Below the pieces are notes generated by a model that worked only from the letters and a program-made list of their open reading frames with translations, made no database searches and had not been told where the DNA came from. From Pachysolen tannophilus NRRL Y-2460 (lineage: Eukaryota), in the NCBI GenBank assembly GCA_001661245.1, contig KV454012.1, positions 186,001-214,683 on the forward strand: DNA of 28,683 nt. The letters run 5' to 3'. Shown here piece after piece: positions 20,341-28,683 of the stretch (its first letter is position 1; each line of letters starts with the position of its first letter). Both the position numbers and the translations under genes were made by a program.

Positions 20341-21386
20341 ATCTAATTTCTAATATCTAATTTCTAATTTTTTAGTTTTCTATTTTAAAAACTTGATCTA
20401 ATTATTATTAATATAGATATAAATTTTATCAATATTCAAATATTAATGATATTTATAAAATAATAAAAAATAAAAAAAATAAACCTAAATTCAAACGAAA
20501 GATGAAGCTACTTAAATATCATTTTCTCAACTTTAGCATTATTAATTCTAAACCATTCTAAACCATTCAAAATCGTGTTGATCATCAAAAATACCAAAAA
20601 CAAAACCGGGTTCCAGCGGTTGACCCTGCAGGAATATGTAGTTTATGTATAATATGTACGAGAATTACTGACAGGGACAAGCCGCGCGATGCGTTTTTTT
20701 TTTTTTTTTTTATTTTTTTTTTCTAAGTCTTTTTTAACAGTTTAACAACTAAAGAAAAAGAATTTCTGGAATTTTTTACGCACCAAAAGGGGAAACTTTT
20801 TTTTTAAAGTTTGAGCCAAAAATTTAAAAGAAAACTAACCCGTCGGACTAATGACCTCATTATCTTTGAATTTAGTACTAATTACCTCACTATTTGAAAC
20901 ATAATGCACTCATTAATTCCTGTAATTTCTAATGTTCTAAAGTTGCCTCACGTATTAGTAACATGGTGCGATTTGGTTCCGTTAATCAATCGCCGTTAAT
21001 ATTCTTGGAACACTCTAGAAAATTTTTACTCTTTATAAAATGGCAGAATACTCTGGAAAAATCTAGGGCAAAAAGATCCGCGTAGTAATTTTAATTTTAG
21101 TTTCAAAACTAATAATTTTTATTTTTGTACGTGTACGTACGGTTAAACTTAAGTAGAAGAGAAATAAAAAAAAAGCGTGATCTCTTGTCTCATCTATCCT
21201 GGAATAAACTCCGCACAATCCGAGATCCAGATTTTCGTAACAAAGGGGGAAACAAGGTGTACGACAAAAGACTAAACTAACTGTAAAGATTAAGTTAAGT
21301 AATTAAATTAATTAATTTAATTAATATTATTAATTTAATTTAGTTTCATTTGATTTACTAATCAATCAAGGTAGGATTGCTTTAAC

Positions 21387-22727
21387 ATGATCAGCTATGG
21401 TTTGACCAATAATAATAACAATGGCGTCGAATCAGTTCAAGTTCGAAAATTTTCTTCGTCTAAGGAGTCAATTCCAACCGCGCTTTATGGCGATAATTTG
21501 TCAATTTTGAATTCCACAAAATCCTACAACAGTAATAATAATAATACTTGGAATCATTTCCCTTATAAAAACTCAATCTCGATCAATTTTATTCCATTAC
21601 AAAATGCTTTTGGATCCAATGGCGCTTTAAGCGCCATTGGTATCATGGATAATTTACCCCATGTTCCAAATTGTAAGATAAAAATTTTATGGAAAACCAC
21701 TGTTTTGGTTTGTATTACCCTCACGACTTTATTCATTTAATTTTATGATATAAAGATAATTAATTGATCTTTTTAACTAACCGATATAACGCGCGTATAC
21801 TAATTAAATTACCTGCAGGAAGATATAAACGTTCCTGAATTGTACGCAAAGTTTAAAGCTTTGAATAACGATAATTCACCTCCTTGTATTGCTGTCTGCA
21901 AGTGTCCATCAATCGGATTCAAATATTTACATAATAGTTTAAATAATGATGGTTCCACAACGCCAACACCCACAACACCAACGGTTAGAAGGTTTCAATT
22001 GAGTTTCCCTAATAAGGCTGAATATTCTAAATGTGTCTTAGCATTTAAGAAAAATAATTTCTTAGTTAAGGAAGTTCCGGAGAATAATGGATTTTGTTCT
22101 CAACAACAAAATTTTAATGAATCTTACCAACAAATGACGACAACTATGTCAACAATGTCTCAAAATCCGCCACAATCACAATCTCAATGGCAAATTTTCG
22201 ATCCTAATAATAATAATCAATCACAAGAAGAAGATCTTTTAATTAGTCAATGGTTACATAATAGATATGGCGGACCAGATACGGACCAAATTCAAAATTC
22301 ACGTAACCAAAGATTTAAAATTAACTGTCCGATCGATATGTCCCGACAATTACAACTGCCGTTACAACTGCCATTACAACTGCCCTTACCAAATTCTGCA
22401 CCTATTGCTGCTGATCTTGCTGCGGCATCTGTGCCTGTCCCCGCTGCCCCCGCTGCCCCCGCCGTACCCCAACTTCCTATTGATCTGGAGGTTTCGGAGG
22501 TCTCGGAAGTTCCAACTACAACCCCAGCAGCAATAAATAACGTCAAAGTAAATGCTATTTCAACAGAACTTAGCCCACAAAAAAGAAGAAAATTAGATGA
22601 CACGAAAATTAATTTTAATGATGAAAAAGAATTAGAAAATTATATATTGGAAACATTGAAAAATGAAGAATTTGTTTTATTTCTGAAAAAAATTGATGCA
22701 ATTGTGCTTAAAATGACAAGAAACTAA
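21387..22727 (+). CDS. REC114: Meiotic double-strand-break protein Rec114/Rec7; join(21387..21707,21819..22727), 409 aa
   Basis: Two track ORFs join in phase 0 to give KIKILWKTTVL|EDINVP. PH-domain motifs KFS, WNH, CPSIGFKY, VRRFQLSF; C-terminal helix LENYILETLKNEEFVLF.KKIDAIV typical of Rec114; near GID8-ERG29 as in S. cerevisiae. Confidence 0.8.
21708..21818 (+). other. Predicted spliceosomal intron of REC114 (111 nt, non-consensus donor)
   Basis: GTTTGT donor at 21708; branch candidates AACTAAC 21775-21781 and TACTAAT 21798-21804; first downstream AG is the CAG ending at 21818; removal restores the frame. Confidence 0.75.
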
Positions 22728-22796
22728 AATAAATTAAACTAATGAAATTTTTTTTTATATATGTATAAATAAATAATAAATATCAATATCAATAAT

Positions 22797-24575
22797 TTAA
22801 ATTAAAGATAAAACTGCAACACTTTCAACATGATGTGTTTGAGGGAAAAAATCAAATCCTCTAATACTTTCAATTTTATAATTTTTACCAGTATCGGTTT
22901 TTTTAATGAAAAATTCTAAATCTCTTGCTTGGGAATGAACATTACAACTAATATAAATAATTTTTGTTGGATTAAATGCAGCCAATTGTTTCAAGAAAAC
23001 TTCATCACATCCTTTTCTTGGAGGATCCAAGATTATTGAAGTTTTATCGTTTGGTAATTTGATATCTGCAAAGATCTTTTCTGCTTTACCAACAATGAAT
23101 TCACAATTTTCTACACCGTTCAATTTGGCATTATGTTCTGCAAATTTAACACTATCAGCACTAATTTCCACTCCAATTACTTTTTTAACTGCTTTAGAAG
23201 AAGTAATACTGAATAAGCCTGAACCACAATAAGCATCAATAAGATAATTTTCCTCAGTATTATCCAATTTTAAATTTTGTTGAACATAACTTACAATTTT
23301 TGGTAAAATCGAATTATTGTTTTGGAAAAATTCACCAGCGGAAAATTCAAATTTGAATCCACAAACTATTTCTCTAACAATTTGTCTTGTGTTTGTTACA
23401 CAAGTCTTTATTTTCACATCACCATGTTCTTCATCTATTTCTTCTATTTTAGAAACCTGTGCTGTTTCTGGATCCCTTGAACCTTCTTCTTCTTCTTCTT
23501 TATCTTCTATTGATTCTTTCTTTAACTTTGTGTTTTCTCTTAAAAGTATAGTTGCACCTTTCTTATACTTATTAAATTCCTTCATGAATTTCCCTCTTTC
23601 ATTTGCCATACCTTTGTTTATAATGGTGGTTCCGATAACACATTCTTCAATATCTATGATTCCTCCAGTTTTAATACCATCCATAACTCTCCATTGTGGT
23701 CTACCTTTTGCACCGAAACCTAAGTTTGGCCTTTGGAAAAATTCAGGTTTATGTTTTGGCATATCAAAATGCGGAGTCAACTTGGTTCTATAACCGTATT
23801 GTAAAGGAGAAGAAATGGTTTCATCTATTTCTGGTAATAAAAATGACTGGTTTAATTCTGGAGCAAAATTTTTATATGCATTTTCAATTGTTTGTTTTTT
23901 AAAAAATAATTGTTGTTCATAATCAATAGTTTGAAATTGACAACCAGAACAAATTCCAAAATATTTACACCTTATTAGATCATCATTTCTAAACTTGGAA
24001 CTTTGAGTAATTTTAATCAAATCACTTTCAACATAAAGAGGATGAGACTTGAAAACCTTGATAGAAACTACATCACCAGGTATACCAAACGGCACAATAG
24101 CAATTTGCTTTTTCTGTATAGGGTCTTCTGGATTATCAATAATAGCTAAACCATCTCCATTTGAAGTAAATTTCAAGATTTCAACGTTATCAACAACTCT
24201 ATGATATATTTCCATAGGTATTTCTTCATTTAATAACAGGTTCACTGGGTTTGTTATTTGATCTTCAGTTAAATTTTTTTCCTTTAGCAACTCTTGAATT
24301 TCAAGAATCAAAACTCCCAGCGGCGACGTTGATTCAACTGCCTTTTGTTTATATTTTCTCCTTTTAGTCTTTGGATGTTTCTTAATAATAGCAGCAACTG
24401 AAACATCAGTTGCAGCAGCAACATCAGTTGAAGCAGCATCAGTGGGAGGTAAAGAAGCAACAGAGCTGGAACTTTGAGGTTCCAGCTCCAGATCTACCTC
24501 TGATATATGCCTCTTGTACTGTTTTTTACTGTCTTCAACCTTCTGTTGTTGCTGAATCAAGGCTCCTGAAGGCAT
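22797..24575 (-). CDS. TRM2: tRNA (uracil-5-)-methyltransferase Trm2, 592 aa
   Basis: TRAM-like GDGLAI..PFGIPGD; Cys motif CKYFGICSGCQFQ; FFQNN; SAM motif DAYCGSGLF; DPPRKG; YISCN; DFFPQTHHVE. Confidence 0.95.
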   Translation of the reverse strand: MPSGALIQQQQKVEDSKKQYKRHISEVDLELEPQSSSSVASLPPTDAASTDVAAATDVSVAAIIKKHPKTKRRKYKQKAVESTSPLGVLILEIQELLKEKNLTEDQITNPVNLLLNEEIPMEIYHRVVDNVEILKFTSNGDGLAIIDNPEDPIQKKQIAIVPFGIPGDVVSIKVFKSHPLYVESDLIKITQSSKFRNDDLIRCKYFGICSGCQFQTIDYEQQLFFKKQTIENAYKNFAPELNQSFLLPEIDETISSPLQYGYRTKLTPHFDMPKHKPEFFQRPNLGFGAKGRPQWRVMDGIKTGGIIDIEECVIGTTIINKGMANERGKFMKEFNKYKKGATILLRENTKLKKESIEDKEEEEEGSRDPETAQVSKIEEIDEEHGDVKIKTCVTNTRQIVREIVCGFKFEFSAGEFFQNNNSILPKIVSYVQQNLKLDNTEENYLIDAYCGSGLFSITSSKAVKKVIGVEISADSVKFAEHNAKLNGVENCEFIVGKAEKIFADIKLPNDKTSIILDPPRKGCDEVFLKQLAAFNPTKIIYISCNVHSQARDLEFFIKKTDTGKNYKIESIRGFDFFPQTHHVESVAVLSLI

Positions 24576-24646
24576 AACTAGCTATCTATGGTTTATAAAG
24601 TCAATCAAAACGTACTTTCATTTCACTTCATTTCACTTATCTAGAA

Positions 24647-24670
24647 GAGATGAGATTGAAAAATTTTTCA
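24647..24670 (-). promoter_or_regulatory. RRPE + PAC ribosome-biogenesis promoter module of TRM2
   Basis: Palindromic RRPE TGAAAAATTTTTCA at 24657-24670 and PAC GAGATGAG at 24647-24654, RRPE upstream of PAC, 72-95 bp before the ATG. Confidence 0.8.
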
Positions 24671-24957
24671 GATACAAAATATGGTCGTGCTCCCAAAACA
24701 CAATTTGCAAAGTAACAAGTTAAAAACTATACAATTGTAATACTCTTGAATTGAAAGATGTCAAAGTAACAAGCAATAAAGGAAAGGAAAGGAAAGGAAG
24801 AGAAAGAAGAAGAAGCAAGTAGCGATAAACGATAGAAAAGTTTGAATGTATATAGGTATGCCGAAAACACAAAAACATGGAACATAAAATATAAGAAGCA
24901 ATGAAAACAAAAAAAAAAAAAAATTATTAGAAAAAGCATCATCATTACACCTAATGC

Positions 24958-25977
24958 CTATAATATAGTACATTTTAATTTTCTTGATCTTTTTTTTTCG
25001 AATGGGCCAACGAAACTCGAACCACCATTTAAATAGTCATTGTTTGATGATAGGAAATTTGAATCTTTAGAATATAAATTTTCAGTATTATCATCATCAT
25101 CTTCGTTATTATAAGTTGTATGTTTAAGAGGCATTAATGACATTCTACTTTTTCTATTTTTTTTAGCTTTTAATTCCATTTCTTTTTCTTTTAATTGTTT
25201 TTCCTTCATTGCTATTGTTAAAGCTATATTGAAGACATTAGCAACATTTTTCATAGTCTTTGCTGAACATCTTAAATGAGCGGAACATTGAATATTTTTG
25301 GCAACATCTAATGAACAAGCTTTAATTTCTGAAGATCTTTTTAAATCACTTTTTGTACCAACCAATACAATTGGTATTCCTGGACAAAAATGAGTTACTT
25401 CTGGGTACCATATATCTCTAACATTATGTAAAGAACTCATACTATCAACACTATAACAAATTAATAGTACATCTACATCAGGATATGATAAAGGTCTTAA
25501 TCTATCATATTCTTCTTGTCCTGCAGTATCCCATAAACTCAATTCAACTCTTTCATTATTAGGACTAATTAATTCTGTAACATAATTTTCAAAAATTGTT
25601 GGAACATAAAGTTCAGGAAATTTTCCCTGGGTATAACTAACCAATAAACATGTTTTACCACAACCACCATCACCAACTACTACTATCTTAACACTATGGT
25701 GAGGTTTTTTAAAAGATTTGGAATCTTTAACCAATTTAAACTGTGGAATATCAACAGAATGTCCATTACTGATACCATTATTACTGGAAGTAATCTTACC
25801 ATCTCCATTTACTTTAGTAGAATCAACTATATGCGATAACCTTTCATTTCTGCGTTGCAACAGCAGCTGGTTTCTAGCCTCTTCCTCATAGGGATTCAAC
25901 AGCAAATTTCTCTCTCTATCTTTTCTCTGATCGGTATTATTGTTACCATGATTTTTCGAATGACGTTTAGAACTCAT
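24958..25977 (-). CDS. RHO4: Rho-family GTPase Rho4 with N-terminal extension, 339 aa
   Basis: First ATG at 25977 (MSSKRH). GDGGCGKTCLL, YVPTIFENY, LWDTAGQEEYDRLRPLSYP, GTKSDL, polybasic region plus CAAX (CTIL). Adjacent to TRM2 as in S. cerevisiae. Confidence 0.9.
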   Translation of the reverse strand: MSSKRHSKNHGNNNTDQRKDRERNLLLNPYEEEARNQLLLQRRNERLSHIVDSTKVNGDGKITSSNNGISNGHSVDIPQFKLVKDSKSFKKPHHSVKIVVVGDGGCGKTCLLVSYTQGKFPELYVPTIFENYVTELISPNNERVELSLWDTAGQEEYDRLRPLSYPDVDVLLICYSVDSMSSLHNVRDIWYPEVTHFCPGIPIVLVGTKSDLKRSSEIKACSLDVAKNIQCSAHLRCSAKTMKNVANVFNIALTIAMKEKQLKEKEMELKAKKNRKSRMSLMPLKHTTYNNEDDDDNTENLYSKDSNFLSSNNDYLNGGSSFVGPFEKKRSRKLKCTIL

Positions 25978-26525
25978 CTTCAAAACAAAAGAAACAAACA
26001 AACAAATAAATAAATAAAAAAAAAAATACTTTCTTTTTCTTCAGTCTCTGATTTCCAAAAAAGCTCAAGTAACACCAAGTTTCACTCAAAATACAACACA
26101 ATCAATAACTAATACTCAATCACAAGAAACAATAAAATTTAAAAAGTAATTGAAAAAGACGGACATATTGTTTATGTTTCCTATGTTTCTATATTTACAA
26201 TTTACTGCAAAAAGAAATTTTGATCCAATTGTGCACGACCTCTGGGGGGGGGTTTTTTTTTTTCCTCACTTTTTCTTTCTCTCTTTGTCTCTTTTAAACT
26301 AACAAACAAACAAGAACAAAAACGCAGCCAATTTTTTTTTTGCGCCTCCAATTAAATTATAAATATGACCAAATTAATTGAAAAGTAATCATATCTGTAT
26401 ATGTATATATAAATAGTTAGTAAGCCTTAAAATTTTTAGAGTCTTAGACTCGTAGAGTCGGAGTAATAGGTTGAAATTGTCAAGTTTTTAAGAAATTTAA
26501 TTTTATTAAATAATTAAGCGCTCTT

Positions 26526-26580
26526 TAAATTTACGGTAAATTTACGGTAAATTAATTGTAAATTTATAGTAAATTTCACT
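26526..26580. repeat. 11-bp degenerate tandem repeat (TAAATTTACGG) x5
   Basis: taaatttacgg taaatttacgg taaattaattg taaatttatag taaatttcact. Confidence 0.75.
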
Positions 26581-27161
26581 TTTTACTCAAATTAAGAATT
26601 TTTTTAGTTTCAGAAAAAAGTAATAGTACCTTCGATTCTTGATTAATTATTTCAAGTTATTGTAATTGATTTCTTTAATATATCTGTCCCTATTATTACC
26701 GCTGTTATCATTATCATCATAAATTCCTTTTTTATGGAATAAAAATAAAAGATTTTTTTTTGTTTTTTGTTTTTCTTTCTTTTTTTAACGCTGTTATCAG
26801 ATCAATTTAAAAATCTATATAAACTAACCCGTATCGCTTCGGGAAAAATATCTAATTCTACACAGAATATATATAAAATACAATACAATACATTAAAATA
26901 AAATAAATTAAAATAATTAATCGCTCTTCTAATAAAAGCGATCATTTCAATTTTTTCAACTCTATTCATTAGAGTTTTTTTTTTTTTTTAAAAAAAAAAA
27001 ATAATTTCAGTTCTTTCTTTTTTTTTTTAATTTTACTTTTAATTTTATCTTTGAGTTAATTTTGAATTTTTCAATTTTCAATTCTTCAATTTTCAATTTA
27101 TTTCTTTTTTGGATTTTGGGTTTTGCTCATTTAAAAAGAAAATTGAATATTAATCCTTAGA

Positions 27162-28502
27162 ATGTCGAATAAAGATGTTAATTCAAGTTCAGTAGATATG
27201 TCATTTAGTACAAGAAAAAATGGTTCTAGTACGAGAAATGGTTCTCGTACTAGAAATGGTTCTGGTTCTTCATTGAAATTTAAATCAAAACATGTAGATG
27301 AAACAATTACTGATTTTACCAATACAGGAGCAAGTGATTCTGGGAAAATGCCACTGCCATATTATGAAAAAAAATTATCATTTTTACGTTTTAAGATAAG
27401 ATCATTATTATTACCAATTGTATTAAGAGAAGAAACAATACTTTATAAAATTCAAAAAAATTTAAGAAGTCCAATAACAGATTTATATTTTGCATGGACA
27501 GCTAATTTAGGTAGTCATACTTTTTATGTTTTAATGTTACCGTTACCACTTTGGTTTGGATATTGTCAAGTTGGTAGAGATTTAATATTTGTATTAGGTT
27601 TTGGAATATATTTTACTGGTGTAGTAAAAGATTATTTATGTTTACCAAGACCTCTGTCACCTCCCTTGCATAGAATCACAATGAGTCATTATACTTCAAA
27701 AGAATATGGATGTCCATCTTCTCATAGTGCTAACGCTACTGGAGTGGTGTTGGTTTGTTTAAATCATTTATTTACCATTAAACATTCTTTATCAAATTCT
27801 GCATTAATTTTATCTGTAATTTTTTTTTGTATTTATTATTTTTCATTAGTATTTGGTAGAATTTATGCTGGTATGCATGGTTTTACAGATATTATTATTG
27901 GATCAATTATTGGTACATTAGTTTTCATTATTAGACATTTTACTCATGATTTATGGGATTCAATTGTTTATTCAGGGAATTGGTTAGTACCCATATTATT
28001 AATTTCTTTTTATTATTCATTAGTTTATTTTCATTCAATTCCACTGGAAAATTGTCCTTGTTTTGATGATTCTGTATCTTTTATTGGAGTTTTATTAGGT
28101 TTAGAATTGGCATATTGGAATTATAGTAAATCTTCATTTATAATACCAGAAGGTGGAATTGAAAATTATTGTGTCATTCCTTATAGTTTTAAACAAATTG
28201 GTTTATTTAAAAGTATATTAAGAGTAATTGTTGGTGTTACAACAGTTCTTTCATGGAAGGCAATTTCAAAACCATTATTAAGAAAAATTATATCACCAAT
28301 TTATAAAAAATTTATTTCAATTCCAATAACTACAAATGCTTCCATATATGGATGTGGTGCTTTAATGCCTAGGTATCATATAGATATCATCATAAGAATA
28401 AGTTCATATGCGATTTTAACAATGTTAGTTTTATTTTCTGCATTTTCATTTAAACAATTAGGATTGGATTGTAAATTTATACCAGCTGATTACATTCATT
28501 GA
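27162..28502 (+). CDS. LCB3: Long-chain-base-1-phosphate (dihydrosphingosine-1-P) phosphatase, PAP2 family, 446 aa
   Basis: GSHTFYVLMLP; KDYLCLPRP (C1), EYGCPSSH (C2), GRIYAGMHGFTD (C3); CPCFDDSV; multiple TM segments. Confidence 0.92.
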   Translation: MSNKDVNSSSVDMSFSTRKNGSSTRNGSRTRNGSGSSLKFKSKHVDETITDFTNTGASDSGKMPLPYYEKKLSFLRFKIRSLLLPIVLREETILYKIQKNLRSPITDLYFAWTANLGSHTFYVLMLPLPLWFGYCQVGRDLIFVLGFGIYFTGVVKDYLCLPRPLSPPLHRITMSHYTSKEYGCPSSHSANATGVVLVCLNHLFTIKHSLSNSALILSVIFFCIYYFSLVFGRIYAGMHGFTDIIIGSIIGTLVFIIRHFTHDLWDSIVYSGNWLVPILLISFYYSLVYFHSIPLENCPCFDDSVSFIGVLLGLELAYWNYSKSSFIIPEGGIENYCVIPYSFKQIGLFKSILRVIVGVTTVLSWKAISKPLLRKIISPIYKKFISIPITTNASIYGCGALMPRYHIDIIIRISSYAILTMLVLFSAFSFKQLGLDCKFIPADYIH

Positions 28503-28683
28503 AATAAAGAAATTAAAGAGATACAAAAAAAAAAAAAAAAAAAAAAGAAAACCCAATAAAACTGTATATTCAATAAAATAATTATTATGAACTTTTTAAA
28601 CCTTTTTATTTAATATTTCTTGTATATTTACGCTAAAACCCTTTTACTATATTGTATTAGCTATTTATACTTATAAATTTACT

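Noticed and set aside
21356..21374. TACTAAT followed by AG just upstream of the REC114 ATG as a 5'-UTR intron
   Set aside because: No convincing donor site upstream; likely chance in AT-rich DNA.
21673..21717. Alternative REC114 donors GTAAGA (21673) or GTATTA (21712)
   Set aside because: Both are phase 1 and incompatible with the first CAG acceptor at 21818; they would need a rare AAG acceptor 4 nt downstream.
23317..23902. Antisense or overlapping ORFs within TRM2 and other genes
   Set aside because: Shadow frames of real genes, with no independent coding signal.

Overview
AT-rich budding-yeast (Saccharomycotina) chromosomal segment with 15 protein-coding genes and one 404-nt assembly gap. 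In order: 3' part of an ASI3-like RING ligase, a VBA-family MFS transporter, TUB2 (two introns), a LUG1/YLR352W-like F-box/LRR protein, a CEK1/KSS1/FUS3-type MAPK, AAT2, GID8, ERG29, a putative GPI cell-wall protein, two tandem HSP30/YRO2/MRH1 opsin-related paralogs, REC114 (one intron), TRM2, RHO4 and LCB3/YSR3. The strongest signal is a non-standard genetic code: in-frame CTG codons fall at positions where homologues have alanine ([17 protein letters not shown], Aat2 GL-A-EF, Lcb3 RP-A-SPP and P-A-xxCPC). This points to the CUG-Ala yeast clade (Pachysolen type, translation table 26), so the supplied ORF track mistranslates CTG as Leu. The most novel candidate is a REC114 intron with a non-consensus GTTTGT donor followed by a near-match to the Mer1 splicing enhancer, suggesting meiosis-regulated splicing. 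Several promoter motif clusters are also visible (inverted Ste12 PRE pair, RRPE+PAC, Gcn4, a Rim101-like repeat array, a G-quadruplex/STRE tract). All homology calls are from remembered family motifs; no database search was run.
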